The position numbers and the translations under genes are program-made. A DNA stretch of 64,000 bases, from the IMG/VR virus record IMGVR_UViG_2687453727_000003. One strand, 5' to 3'. Shown in pieces: positions 28,689-39,520 of this stretch; the stretch's first letter is position 1, and every line of letters begins with the position of its first letter. Origin of the DNA: an uncultured virus (IMG/VR IMGVR_UViG_2687453727_000003) (lineage: Duplodnaviria > Heunggongvirae > Uroviricota > Caudoviricetes). A model generated the notes under the pieces. It saw nothing but the letters and a program-made list of their open reading frames with translations. It was not told the origin of the DNA and did no database searches.

Positions 28689-29378
28689 ATGAAAAACTTT
28701 AAATTAAAAAAATTAGTGGTCAGCTTATTAATAGCAGCTTCAGCATTGGCTATAAGTCCAGTAGCTGCTAGCGCAGAGTGGAAACATGATAATGTAGGCT
28801 GGTGGTATGCTGATGGTAACTCGTGGTATACTGGATGGAAGAAAATAGATACAAAGTGGTATTACTTTCAGAATAATGGATACATGGCTCATGATCGTTA
28901 TGTTAACGGATATTATTTGAATAGTGAAGGATATTGGGATATATATTCACTTCCGTCTACAGTAGGTACAACATTGCAAGGAGTATCAGTGAAATATCCT
29001 TCAACTTGGAAACAAGTAAATGTGAATGGGGTTACTGCTTATGGTTTGGATAATAAAGGGACAAATGTAATTGCAGCAACATTAAATATGCAAGGTCTTA
29101 CGCGTAAAGATTATTTAGATGCAAATATTGAAGGTATAAAGAAAATTTTAGGTATTAACCAAGTTAATGCTTCAACACAAATAATTAATGGCAAAACAGT
29201 AGATATATTAGATTATGAATATAAAAGTGAATCAAATCTTCTAATACAAATGCATCAAGTGATTTTTTACAATAATGATAAAGCATATATATTCTCTCTT
29301 ACTAGAGCGAAGGATACTTCAAGTGCAGATAGTATGGATTCTTTCAATGAGGTGTTAAAAACTGTTACATTCGAATAA
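28689..29378 (+). CDS. Secreted cell-wall (choline)-binding repeat protein, moron
   Basis: Signal peptide ending ASA-EW, GWWY/WYYF repeats; own TTGACA-16-TACAAT promoter and terminator. Confidence 0.8.
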   Translation: MKNFKLKKLVVSLLIAASALAISPVAASAEWKHDNVGWWYADGNSWYTGWKKIDTKWYYFQNNGYMAHDRYVNGYYLNSEGYWDIYSLPSTVGTTLQGVSVKYPSTWKQVNVNGVTAYGLDNKGTNVIAATLNMQGLTRKDYLDANIEGIKKILGINQVNASTQIINGKTVDILDYEYKSESNLLIQMHQVIFYNNDKAYIFSLTRAKDTSSADSMDSFNEVLKTVTFE

Positions 29379-29514
29379 ATTTCTTATTTTTACAATTGAA
29401 TTATAATTATTTAGAGTAAATACTATAAAAAGAGTGTCAGAAAATGATGCTCTTTTTTATTTTGGGATAATTAAAATAAGAAGATAAAGTGAAGCGAGGT
29501 GGTGAACGTGAGGA

Positions 29515-30324
29515 ATGGCTAGAACACCAAATGAAAAACAAATAGTGGCTAAGAAATTATTTGATAGAGGATTCAAACTAATAGACATATCGAAGGAGTT
29601 AGATGTTCCAGAAGGCACTATTAGAAGTTGGAAAAATAGAGGCAATTGGGATGGGAAAAATAATGCAACGTTGCAAAAAACAGAAAGTAAAAAACGCAAC
29701 GTTGCAAAGAATAATGATATAAATAAAAAAGGTAATATCAATAAAACTAAGGCTATTAGCAGTGATAAAAATAGTTTGATTTACAAAACGCAATCTAGAA
29801 TGGCTCGACCAGGAAATAAGAATGCAGAAGTTCATGGATTTTTTTCAAAGTATTTGCCTAAAGATACTCTAGAAATTATCAAGGCTATTAATGAAAAAGA
29901 GCCACTAGATATTCTATGGGAGAATATTCAGATTCAATATGCGGCAATACTAAGAGCTCAAAATATTATGTATGTTGAGAACAAGGATGAAATGATTAAA
30001 GAGATTAAAAAGAAAAAAGAAGCTTACTCTGACAATGGCGAAATTAATGAAATAGAGTATGAATTTCAATTTGCTTGGGATAGACAAGCCACTTTTCTTA
30101 ATGCTCAAAGTAGAGCTATGGCTGAACTTAGAGGTCAGATTAAACAGTATGATGAAATGCTACATAAGAATTGGGATATGGCTACTGAAGAACAGAAACT
30201 TAGAATTAATAAGCTAAAAGCTGATATAGAAAACTCTGGCGGTAATAATAAAACTGATGAAGCTAAGTTATGGGCAAATGCAATACAAGAAATAGCAGCA
30301 AAGAGACGTGATAATAATGGATAA
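29515..30324 (+). CDS. terS: Terminase small subunit
   Basis: N-terminal HTH (GTIRSWKNR), GNKNA..HG motif; directly upstream of terL. Confidence 0.9.
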   Translation: MARTPNEKQIVAKKLFDRGFKLIDISKELDVPEGTIRSWKNRGNWDGKNNATLQKTESKKRNVAKNNDINKKGNINKTKAISSDKNSLIYKTQSRMARPGNKNAEVHGFFSKYLPKDTLEIIKAINEKEPLDILWENIQIQYAAILRAQNIMYVENKDEMIKEIKKKKEAYSDNGEINEIEYEFQFAWDRQATFLNAQSRAMAELRGQIKQYDEMLHKNWDMATEEQKLRINKLKADIENSGGNNKTDEAKLWANAIQEIAAKRRDNNG

Positions 30325-31729
30325 ATCATTAATAACTTTATTGGATACATATTGGGATAATCCGGTGTGGTTTGCAGAGGATATGATGAATTTTCATGCT
30401 GATAAATGGCAAAGTGATGTACTAATGGCTTTAGCTCAAAGTCCTAAAGTTAGTGTGCGTTCTGGACAAGGTGTAGGAAAAACTGGATTAGAGAGTATAG
30501 TTGTTACCTGGTATTTATGTACTAGGCCATTTCCTAAAGTTATTGCAACAGCTCCAACTAGACAGCAGCTTTATGATGTACTATGGGCTGAAATATCTAA
30601 GTGGTTAGCCAGTAGTAAAATAGAAAATCTATTAGAATGGACTAAAACTAAAATCTATATGAAAGGCTATAGTGAACGTTGGTGGGCTACTGCTAAGACT
30701 GCCACTAGACCTGAGAATATGCAAGGTTTTCACGAAGATTATATGTTGTTTGTAGTTGATGAAGCATCTGGTGTAGCTGATCCTATTATGGAAGCTATAT
30801 TGGGAACATTAACAGGATATGAAAATAAGCTTCTTATGTGTGGTAATCCAACAAGAACATCTGGAACTTTTTACGATAGCCATAATAGAGATAGGGATTT
30901 ATATAAAACATTTAAAGTATCATCGCTGGAAAGCCCAAGAACTAGTAAAGATAATATAGAAATGTTAAAAAGAAAATATCATGAAGGTTCTGATGTGTGG
31001 AGAGTCAGAGTTGAAGGAGAGTTCCCTAAAGGAGAAAGTGATTCTCTTATTAGTCTTGAGTATGCAGAAACAGCTACAATGACAAAAATTAATAATATTC
31101 ACAATAACTTTACTCTACATATAGGAGCCGATATAGCCAGATTCGGTAATGATGAATCAGTTATAGCGCCTAGAATAGGCAATAAAGTATTTGACTTATT
31201 GACATACACTAAAAAAGATACTATGGAGACTACAGGTAATATATTAAGAGCCACAGATAAATTCAAGAATGAGTATAAGCATATTAACAAAGTAAAAATA
31301 AGAGTTGATGATGATGGCCTTGGTGGAGGTGTAACTGATAGGTTAAAGGAAGTCATAAGGCAAGAAGGATTAGGATATGAAGTAATGCCGATTAAGAATG
31401 GTTCTAAAGCTAATGATGAAGAACACTATTCTGATAAGTCAGCCGAGATGTGGGGGAATATGAGAGATATCCTTGAAGAGAATTTTACTAACTTTGTACA
31501 AGTTAAAGAACCCACAATAGAATTACCGAATAATGATAAGCTTATTAAACAGCTATCTAATAGAAAGTTCAGAATAGATTCTAAGGGAAGGATAGATCTT
31601 GAGAAGAAAGAGGAAATGAAAAAGAGAATAGGAGAATCACCAGACTTAGCAGATGCTGTTATATATTCGTTTGCTGAGAATGGAATTAGTGATTTATCTT
31701 TACTGAAAGGAGGACGAATATGGGGTTAA
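30317..31729 (+). CDS. terL: Terminase large subunit
   Basis: SGQGVGKT, VVDEASG, GNP, GADIARFGND and SPDLADA motifs. Confidence 0.95.
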   Translation: MDKSLITLLDTYWDNPVWFAEDMMNFHADKWQSDVLMALAQSPKVSVRSGQGVGKTGLESIVVTWYLCTRPFPKVIATAPTRQQLYDVLWAEISKWLASSKIENLLEWTKTKIYMKGYSERWWATAKTATRPENMQGFHEDYMLFVVDEASGVADPIMEAILGTLTGYENKLLMCGNPTRTSGTFYDSHNRDRDLYKTFKVSSLESPRTSKDNIEMLKRKYHEGSDVWRVRVEGEFPKGESDSLISLEYAETATMTKINNIHNNFTLHIGADIARFGNDESVIAPRIGNKVFDLLTYTKKDTMETTGNILRATDKFKNEYKHINKVKIRVDDDGLGGGVTDRLKEVIRQEGLGYEVMPIKNGSKANDEEHYSDKSAEMWGNMRDILEENFTNFVQVKEPTIELPNNDKLIKQLSNRKFRIDSKGRIDLEKKEEMKKRIGESPDLADAVIYSFAENGISDLSLLKGGRIWG

Positions 31730-33219
31730 AATCATTTATTAGTAGTCTCTTTAAGAAGAAACCTAGTGGAGAAATGATGAGATCAGAAGGGGGTTCTTAT
31801 GGTGGAGTTTATTCTTTAAATTCAAGCAAAGTTAACTATGAAGTGGCTAGGCAGCTCTACAATAATACAAAGGATGATTATAAATTGGGAAGCTCATTTG
31901 TAAAACCTATTATAAATAGTACAGTAGGATTTATGGGAGTACCACATTTTATTACAGAAGATGAAAATGCACAGCCAATATTAGATGATTTTATACTAGA
32001 TAATACTTCAAAAATGTTAAGGACCCATAGTAATGCTTTAAAATTAGGAGATTGTTATATATGGATTACTAGAGAAGAAAAAGAAAATCCTTTGTATCCA
32101 GATAAACCAGTAATGCTAATGTACAATATAATTCCTCCTGAAGAAGTAGATGATATAATTTTAGATTCAACGACAAAAGAACCTATAGCATATATCTTAA
32201 AAAGTGAACAGGAATGGACAGATTTAGAAGGTAATAAAAAGAAAGCTAAGATTAGACAAGTTATAACGGCAGAAAAGAGGATCATTGAGGTTGATGGGGA
32301 TATTCCAGAAGGGATGGAACCAGGTGAAATACAAAATCCATGGGGATTTGTTCCCATAGTACATTTTAAGAATGAACCAGATGAAACAATGAAGTTTGGA
32401 CAGTCAGATATTGAACCTATAGAGCCACTTTTAAAAGCTTACCATGATGTTATGATGCATGCTCTCAAGGGAAGTAAAATGCATAGCACACCTAAGCTTA
32501 AAATAAAGCTCAAAGATGTAGCAGGATTTTTAAGAAATAACTTTGGAGTAGAGGATCCAGTAAAATTTGCGAAAGATGGAGGTAAAGTAAATCTTGATGG
32601 CCATGAAATATTATTTTTAACGGAAGGAGAGGACGCTTCATTTGTAGAGGTTAATAGCGCTACAGGAGATGCTCAGATATTATTAAAACTTTTATTCTAC
32701 TGCATAGTAGATGTATCAGAAACACCAGAATTTATATTTGGAGTTCATACTCCAAGTGCATTGGCTAGCGTAAAAGAACAAATGCCAATAATGGTTAATA
32801 AAATAAGGCGCAAGAGAGAGCAGTTTACAGAACAGTGGCAAACACTAGCTAGAATGATTTTAATTATGTCAGCTAAATCTGTAGGAGCTAATTTTACTTC
32901 GTATAGTGTTACTTTAGGATGGGATGAAGTTAATTCTAAAGATGATAAAGAACTTGCTGAGACTCTTGAAAAAGTATGCAATTCTCTAGATAAAGCTTTA
33001 ACAGGTAACTTTATTAGTGAAGAGGCAGCTGTGAACTTTCTATCTAAGTATATTGATACAATGAGTGACTACATAAGCGATGATCCAGAGATAGTAGGAG
33101 AAAGAGAAAAGATAATAAAGACTAAGATGCTTAGATATAGGCTTGATGATGCTGGAGGATTGGAGAATGAGAAGGAGGAGATAGAAAATGAAATAGGTAA
33201 GGTTGATAAAGATGAGTAA
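31720..33219 (+). CDS. Portal protein (SPP1 gp6-like)
   Basis: Position after terL, size, PIVHFKNE..GQSDIE motif. Confidence 0.88.
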   Translation: MGLKSFISSLFKKKPSGEMMRSEGGSYGGVYSLNSSKVNYEVARQLYNNTKDDYKLGSSFVKPIINSTVGFMGVPHFITEDENAQPILDDFILDNTSKMLRTHSNALKLGDCYIWITREEKENPLYPDKPVMLMYNIIPPEEVDDIILDSTTKEPIAYILKSEQEWTDLEGNKKKAKIRQVITAEKRIIEVDGDIPEGMEPGEIQNPWGFVPIVHFKNEPDETMKFGQSDIEPIEPLLKAYHDVMMHALKGSKMHSTPKLKIKLKDVAGFLRNNFGVEDPVKFAKDGGKVNLDGHEILFLTEGEDASFVEVNSATGDAQILLKLLFYCIVDVSETPEFIFGVHTPSALASVKEQMPIMVNKIRRKREQFTEQWQTLARMILIMSAKSVGANFTSYSVTLGWDEVNSKDDKELAETLEKVCNSLDKALTGNFISEEAAVNFLSKYIDTMSDYISDDPEIVGEREKIIKTKMLRYRLDDAGGLENEKEEIENEIGKVDKDE

Positions 33220-34222
33220 AGAAATTGATGAATTAAAATCAATAGCTGGAGATTATAAAACGTGGGCATTACAAGCTAGAAAAAAGTTTATAGATTTAAG
33301 ACTAAGGCAAGATGTAGAAATTAGAAATTTATATATAAAGCTTACTAGAGATATATCTAAGGAATTAAAAAAGGGAGGACTTTCTCCTATAAGTAAGAAA
33401 AAGTTACAACAGATATATAGTGCTTTAAAAAAAGCTGAAGACAATTTAAATGGTCAACTCACCATTAATTTTGAAAAGTACACTAGAGAAAATATAGAAG
33501 CTGCTACAGGATACTCAAAAGCAATTACAATAGATGTTATAGGAAAGTCCGGCTTAAATAAAATAACTGCATCTAATATAAATAAAGTATATTTTAGAGT
33601 AAATGAAAGAGCAGTAGAAGCGATATGGAGTCGAACACAAAATGGTTTATATCTTTCAGATAGAATATGGTCCAAAGCTCAAAAGTATAGAAAGAATATG
33701 GCTGATGTGATTCAAGCAGCAGTAGCAGAAGGTCAAGATTGTACTAAAACTGCAAGAGCATTAGAACAGTATGTACTAAAAGGGAAGAAAACACTAGCAT
33801 CAGAATATCCCAATATGATGGCTAGAATAGGAAATAGAGTACCAAGTGATGTGAGTTATGAAGCTTTAAGGCTTGCGAGAACTGAAATGACATCAGCTTT
33901 CGGTGAAGCTACTTTATCAGCTGCAAAAGTTAGTCCAAGTTGTAGAGGAGTTAAATATATACTTTCAGCTTCACATCCAAAACCGGATATATGTGATGAT
34001 ATTACTGGTACTGACAAGCATGGATTAGGTATAGGAGTTTATCCAGTAGATGAAGCACCGATATATCCATTTCATCCTAATTGCTTATGTATAACAACTA
34101 CAGTAAATGAAAGACCAGAAGATTTTGTTCAAAGGTTAAAGAGATGGGATAAGGATCCAACAAGTGAACCTAGTATTGAAAGCTGGTACCAAGATGTTTA
34201 TAAAAAAATGAATAATATCTAA
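33212..34222 (+). CDS. Minor head/morphogenesis protein (MuF/gp7-like)
   Basis: LSDRIW, RLARTE, C..HPNCLC motifs. Confidence 0.85.
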   Translation: MSKEIDELKSIAGDYKTWALQARKKFIDLRLRQDVEIRNLYIKLTRDISKELKKGGLSPISKKKLQQIYSALKKAEDNLNGQLTINFEKYTRENIEAATGYSKAITIDVIGKSGLNKITASNINKVYFRVNERAVEAIWSRTQNGLYLSDRIWSKAQKYRKNMADVIQAAVAEGQDCTKTARALEQYVLKGKKTLASEYPNMMARIGNRVPSDVSYEALRLARTEMTSAFGEATLSAAKVSPSCRGVKYILSASHPKPDICDDITGTDKHGLGIGVYPVDEAPIYPFHPNCLCITTTVNERPEDFVQRLKRWDKDPTSEPSIESWYQDVYKKMNNI

Positions 34223-34348
34223 TAAGTTAGGTTGCTTAGTATAAAGTCTTATAAATGAATTAAGGCTTTTTTTTATTTTCTGAAAGTAAGTGAAATTACT
34301 CTTAATTATGCTTTCAGATCTAATTATATGAAAGGTGGTGAAGTAAAA

Positions 34349-35743
34349 ATGTATATTAATAAAGCAATAGGTGAAATGTCTGAAACTTACGGAGAAATGG
34401 ATTCTGTAAGTGCTGTTATATCTCAAATAAAACCAGGTGATATTCCATTGGCACAAGGAGTAGATTTAGACTCTATGAAATCAATGGATAGTGATCCATT
34501 AGAGATAGTCGTAGAAATACCAGCTACTAAAAGTAAACGAGGTTGGAATTATACTCCTAAAAGTTTAAAAGATATTGTAGATTACACCAATGAAAATACT
34601 CTTAATGGCTTTTTAGGGCATCAAAAGGCAGAGAATATAAGTACAGAGTTTGTTCCTCCAGCTACACATTGGATAGGCGCTGAAATGAAAGATAATAAGG
34701 CTTATTTTAGAGGTCTAGTTGATGCAGATGCTACAAGCTTAAAAAGGTGGATAAGAACAGGTAGGATAAAGGAAGTAAGCATATTTGGCTATCCTAAACT
34801 AAAAAAAGGAGCTAAAGGAGAGATGGATGTAGTAGGATATAATCCATTATCTATAGACTGGACGCCTTTGCATAGACCAGGTATGCCTACAAAAATAGTA
34901 AGTATGGAAATGTCTGATGTGGAAGAACAGATAGGTGGTGAGCAACTAGATGGTACATTTGAAAAGCTTAGAGAAGATTTAATGGATGCTGCTAAAGTTT
35001 ACTTTAATGCTAACAATAATGGAAGTTATGTCTGGATAAGAAGTATTAGATACGATGATAGCACAGTTATAGTTGAGTATGAACAGCAAAACTCACCTAG
35101 CAAGTTATATAGTATTCCATTTACTATAAACAATGATCAAGTTGTTCTAGGAGATAAGACAGAAGTTTCAGAGAAAAGAATATATGAACCTGTAACTACA
35201 GGGGAAATGAGTCAAGGAGGAAGTGAAAGTATGAATTTTGTAGAGATAATGAAGAATCTTAAAGGGTTACTACAAACTGGTGAAGTAACATATTCACAAG
35301 TATTAGGAGAAATGGGACTTACAACAGATAAAATTGCAGGAGAAATGGAGGATATTAAAGTAGCGGTAGAAGCGCAAGACACTTTAAAGAAGGTAAAAGA
35401 AGCTTTAAATGTAAGTGGTGAAATGGATGTAGTAGAGGTTGCTAAAAAAGCAGGTCAAGCTATAGAGCATAGTAAGAAAGATGATCTTGCTAAAACAATT
35501 GATGAGGCTATTAATGAAAAAGTAGTTGGAGAAATGGCTCAAGGCTTAGTTAAGAAAATGCTAAAAGTAGGAGAAGGAGCAACTAAAGAAATCATAGCTG
35601 GAGAAATAGATTCTATATTAGCAGATGATTTTATAAAGAATTTAATTTCTAGTAATCATGTTGATATGCCAGCAGGAACTGCGACTCCAAGTAATGGAGA
35701 TAAAACAACATCAACATTAAAAGTAAAAAGAGCAAGTATTTAA
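34349..35743 (+). CDS. Prohead protease/scaffold protein
   Basis: Position before capsid genes; LGHQ, VSIFG, SIDWTP motifs; repeated GEM motifs. Confidence 0.75.
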   Translation: MYINKAIGEMSETYGEMDSVSAVISQIKPGDIPLAQGVDLDSMKSMDSDPLEIVVEIPATKSKRGWNYTPKSLKDIVDYTNENTLNGFLGHQKAENISTEFVPPATHWIGAEMKDNKAYFRGLVDADATSLKRWIRTGRIKEVSIFGYPKLKKGAKGEMDVVGYNPLSIDWTPLHRPGMPTKIVSMEMSDVEEQIGGEQLDGTFEKLREDLMDAAKVYFNANNNGSYVWIRSIRYDDSTVIVEYEQQNSPSKLYSIPFTINNDQVVLGDKTEVSEKRIYEPVTTGEMSQGGSESMNFVEIMKNLKGLLQTGEVTYSQVLGEMGLTTDKIAGEMEDIKVAVEAQDTLKKVKEALNVSGEMDVVEVAKKAGQAIEHSKKDDLAKTIDEAINEKVVGEMAQGLVKKMLKVGEGATKEIIAGEIDSILADDFIKNLISSNHVDMPAGTATPSNGDKTTSTLKVKRASI

Positions 35744-35761
35744 TAAGAGGAGGAATGGATA

Positions 35762-36139
35762 ATGGCATTTAAAGGACAACCAGTACCAACAACATTAGAA
35801 ACTATTGCAGGTTGCAAAATAAGTGATGGTAAATCAGTAAGAGTTGTATCAAGTGAAGCGGTGGAAGACGGTCATTTTTATTTAATAAATAATTTTTTTG
35901 GAATGGCAGTTCAATCAGCAGAAGCCGGTGAAGAGGTAATTTTAAGCATTGAGCAGGCTGAATATGAAACTGAACAAATAAATACTGAAGAAGCTTTTGC
36001 AGTAGGTGCAACCATTTATTATGATGATGAACATAAAAGATTAACTGAAACAGAGGGGACAAACAGAAAGGTAGGAAGAGTTACTGCAGCTAAAGATACC
36101 AATAATGTAATCTGGTTCATATTAGGACCACAAGTATAG
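35762..36139 (+). CDS. Capsid decoration/cement protein (DUF2190-like)
   Basis: Size, position, FGMAV..G and F.VG..IYYD pattern. Confidence 0.75.
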   Translation: MAFKGQPVPTTLETIAGCKISDGKSVRVVSSEAVEDGHFYLINNFFGMAVQSAEAGEEVILSIEQAEYETEQINTEEAFAVGATIYYDDEHKRLTETEGTNRKVGRVTAAKDTNNVIWFILGPQV

Positions 36140-36163
36140 AAAATCTAAAGGAGTGATTAAAGT

Positions 36164-37201
36164 ATGTCAGTAAAAATTTATAGTGTAGAAACGTTGAAAA
36201 GTGCAAGACGTAATCAAAGCATCGAAACTAAAGTTCCATTTATATTAAATGGACAAGAAATTGAAGTAGATAAGAAAATAGTTAATGGAGAGATGGAAAC
36301 TTTTGAACTTACGAGGCCTATAGGAGAAATGCTTAGAAGTGGAAGTTTAGCTCAATATAAAGATTTAGTAAGAAAGGTTGTTCTTGATGTTGAACTTGGA
36401 AGAGAACAGGTACCTTTACTTTACAAACCTATATATGAATTACTATCTGATCCTAACATGCCTAAGGTTATTGATGCTAAATGGGCATTATATGGAACAG
36501 TTATATTTTCTGAGCACATGGAAGGTCAAGAAATTAAATTCGGCTCACTTCAAGCAGAACATGGACCAGTTGCCAGAATTATGACTTATACAGCAGGATT
36601 TGAATATACAAAAGAGATGAAGGACTTTAATGATAGTTTCTCAGTTGAACTCTTAAATAAGGCTATGGGGGAAGCATATAATGCATTACTTAATCATATG
36701 TATTTATCTCCAATTATAAAGGCTAATTATAAAGCCGATAATAAAACATCTTATCAGGGAACAGCAGAGGAAGATGTTTGGGTAAGATACTATAAAACTT
36801 TTAACAAAGCATTGAGTGATAGTAGAACTAAGAAGAGACCAGGAACAATATTATTAGCTTCAAGTATGGATAAAGACAACATAGAGATGGCTCTTAAAGG
36901 TGGATATCAAATTAATGGAACCACCTATCCAGCAGTTAGTGGTATTGATTCAATAATTTATTATGACGGTTGGGAAATAACAGTTGGAAAGAAAGACTAT
37001 TCATATCAAGGAGTAGAACAAGGAAAAGCTTATTTAATAAGACCAAGAAGAGGATTTAAAGAATTATTGAAGAAAGATCTTGAAATTGAAGCTGCGTCTG
37101 GCGATCTTTCTAGATTAGTCGAAGAGCAAATAGTTGGATATGCATATAGAGGACTTTACGCAGCAATAGATGAAAATGTTCAAGAAATAACTTTAAAATA
37201 A
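36164..37201 (+). CDS. Major capsid protein
   Basis: 345 aa, after the scaffold and decoration genes. Confidence 0.82.
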   Translation: MSVKIYSVETLKSARRNQSIETKVPFILNGQEIEVDKKIVNGEMETFELTRPIGEMLRSGSLAQYKDLVRKVVLDVELGREQVPLLYKPIYELLSDPNMPKVIDAKWALYGTVIFSEHMEGQEIKFGSLQAEHGPVARIMTYTAGFEYTKEMKDFNDSFSVELLNKAMGEAYNALLNHMYLSPIIKANYKADNKTSYQGTAEEDVWVRYYKTFNKALSDSRTKKRPGTILLASSMDKDNIEMALKGGYQINGTTYPAVSGIDSIIYYDGWEITVGKKDYSYQGVEQGKAYLIRPRRGFKELLKKDLEIEAASGDLSRLVEEQIVGYAYRGLYAAIDENVQEITLK

Positions 37202-37228
37202 TTATTATTTATATAAGGTGGTGGGAAT

Positions 37229-37561
37229 ATGACACCTACAGAAACTACAAGAATTAAATTAAGATTGTTATTAAATGATAAAGATAAAAAGTCATTTACA
37301 GATGATGAAATAGACATGTTATTGAATGAAGAAGATTGTGTTTATTGCGCTGCAAGTCAAGGATGGATATTAAAAGCTACCATGTATGAAAATTCAGTAG
37401 GAGAAATAACAGAGTATAAAACAGGTGAAGAAAGCTATACAAGTGCTAATATAAAAGACTTAGTAACAGTTGCATATAAAAATGCAGATAGATATAAGTC
37501 TATGTGTGTGAATCAATGTGGAAGTATTATATTAGGGCTTGATACTGAGGTAAACATATAA
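37229..37561 (+). CDS. Head-tail connector protein
   Basis: LRLLLND..FTDDEI; position after the capsid gene. Confidence 0.75.
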   Translation: MTPTETTRIKLRLLLNDKDKKSFTDDEIDMLLNEEDCVYCAASQGWILKATMYENSVGEITEYKTGEESYTSANIKDLVTVAYKNADRYKSMCVNQCGSIILGLDTEVNI

Positions 37562-37935
37562 TCACATCTGAAAGAAGAAAGGCCGATATTTTAAAAAGTA
37601 TTAGCCTTAATCCTACTGAAATTAAAATTAAGCAGATAGTTAAAGTTTTAAAGGATGGGTATTTCGACGAAGAAGAAAAAGAATATAATCTTACAGTTAG
37701 AATATATCAACAACGAAAAAGTAATATAGAGATATCTTCAGGTACTATAGGAACAGCTTATAAATCTAAAAGTTATGGTATGTTGGCAGATTATGAAGCC
37801 AATTTAGAAGTTGATCCGCAAAATGCTATTGAATTCGATAGTATATATGGTCATATGAAAATGATAGCAGTATATCCGCAGATAATTAAAGATGAATTAT
37901 GTGGTTATCAAGTAGACCTCGAAAGAATAAGGTAA
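37558..37935 (+). CDS. Head closure/head-tail protein with ATA start (125 aa)
   Basis: An open frame fills the whole gap; GAGGT RBS; ATAA overlap with the upstream stop. Not in the ORF track. Confidence 0.7.
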   Translation: MITSERRKADILKSISLNPTEIKIKQIVKVLKDGYFDEEEKEYNLTVRIYQQRKSNIEISSGTIGTAYKSKSYGMLADYEANLEVDPQNAIEFDSIYGHMKMIAVYPQIIKDELCGYQVDLERIR

Positions 37936-37948
37936 GGAGGTTTTTTAT

Positions 37949-38353
37949 ATGGGTTTTAGAGCTATAGATTATATTCAAAGAAAAGCGTATGGAATGTACG
38001 CTCTTTGTGATAATTGGGCTAATACTTTAAGAGATGAAGTAAAAATAAATGCAAAATGGAAAGATAGAACATCTCATGCAAGGCAAGCTATTCATAGCGA
38101 TGTAGAACCAGGTAATAATGAGTATACGATATATGTTTCCCATGGAGTTCAATATGGAGGGTATCTTGAGGAAGGAACACCACCACATATCATAAGACCT
38201 AAAAATAAAAAAGATCTATATTGGAAAGGCGCAGCGCATCCAGTAAAGCAGGTTAATCATCCGGGAACCAAAGGGTTCAAAACTATAGAAAATACAATGC
38301 TAGCTAATAAAGAAAGAATAAAAAATACTATTATAGATTATTGGAGTGATTAA
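37949..38353 (+). CDS. HK97 gp10-like neck/tail completion protein
   Basis: WKDRT..AR, YG.YLEEGT, HPGTK motifs. Confidence 0.8.
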   Translation: MGFRAIDYIQRKAYGMYALCDNWANTLRDEVKINAKWKDRTSHARQAIHSDVEPGNNEYTIYVSHGVQYGGYLEEGTPPHIIRPKNKKDLYWKGAAHPVKQVNHPGTKGFKTIENTMLANKERIKNTIIDYWSD

Positions 38354-38360
38354 GTATTAA

Positions 38361-39191
38361 ATGAGAGCAGGAATTAGACAGCATTTAATAGATTCAGTTG
38401 CAGATCTTAAAGATTGTTATGAACCTACAGTACCAATTATGGACACATTAAAACCTTATGCAGTAGTACTTCAGGGTTCAGATAATGACAATGGAGAAGT
38501 TATTGGATTTAAAAGAACTATAGAAATATGGCTATATGAAAAGAAAACAACTTTTAAGAATCTAGATGTATTGTCTGAAAAAGTTATTAAAGCATTGCAT
38601 ATGCAAGTGATATCTGATGTAGAAGCAAATGAAACTTTCACATGCAAGTTTGAAGAAGCAATAGGACAAGATGTTATAGATGAAGAATGGAACGCTATAG
38701 CTAGAGGATTAAAATTTACTGTAATAGCATTACATGAAGAGGATCAAGTCAATACGGATCCATGGCTTGATGCTTTAAGTGAGTACACTAAGAAGATTAT
38801 AGATTATAAAGTGTATTTAAATACATGGAAAAAGGATTTTGAAGTTCCAAGTATTCTATGGAGAGTAAAAGATTCAAGCAAAGAAAGAGAAACTAATACT
38901 GTTATTAAAGAAAATAAAACTCTTATATGTCATGTTGCTAGTAATAATAAAAATGAAATTAATAAATTGCTGGAAGACATAGAGAATAAACTTATTTCTG
39001 ATTTGAAAATACCTTTAGATCTGGAAGATAGGCGTTATTTAACTATAGAAAGCATCAATGAGGATAGAGAAGCTGATATGTTATCTAAAGGTCAATTAAC
39101 AGTCAAGTTTTTTAGAAGAAAGATGGTACAAATTAATGAAAAGCCTACTATCGATAAGATTCATAGTAGAGGTAATTTAAATAAGGAGTGA
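38361..39191 (+). CDS. Tail terminator-like protein
   Basis: Position upstream of the sheath gene. Confidence 0.65.
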   Translation: MRAGIRQHLIDSVADLKDCYEPTVPIMDTLKPYAVVLQGSDNDNGEVIGFKRTIEIWLYEKKTTFKNLDVLSEKVIKALHMQVISDVEANETFTCKFEEAIGQDVIDEEWNAIARGLKFTVIALHEEDQVNTDPWLDALSEYTKKIIDYKVYLNTWKKDFEVPSILWRVKDSSKERETNTVIKENKTLICHVASNNKNEINKLLEDIENKLISDLKIPLDLEDRRYLTIESINEDREADMLSKGQLTVKFFRRKMVQINEKPTIDKIHSRGNLNKE

Positions 39192-39196
39192 TATTT

Positions 39197-39520
39197 GTGG
39201 ATGATGTTGAAGTGAATGTTTCAGAGGTTGTTGATGAAAGCAATAATATAAACTCAGAATCATATGACGCTGCAGAAGATAATGAAGAAAATCAATCTAA
39301 AAAAGAATCTGATAATAAGGAGGAAACTATAGTGGCGAGTCAAACGACAGTAAATGATGAACCAACATACTCAATACAAGAATTTATAGATAATAGTGAA
39401 GCACTTGGCTACAAGAAAGAAGTAGTTGCAGGTGCTTTATTTAGTTGCAAAAAATCTGAACTTACAAAAACAGAATTTGAAGCGATGGTTAAAGAATTTT
39501 TAGGGAAGAAGGTTGAATAA
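39197..39520 (+). CDS. Small tail-associated protein
   Basis: Acidic N-terminus; EVVAGAL..FL.KKV; coupled to the sheath gene. Confidence 0.65.
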   Translation: MDDVEVNVSEVVDESNNINSESYDAAEDNEENQSKKESDNKEETIVASQTTVNDEPTYSIQEFIDNSEALGYKKEVVAGALFSCKKSELTKTEFEAMVKEFLGKKVE

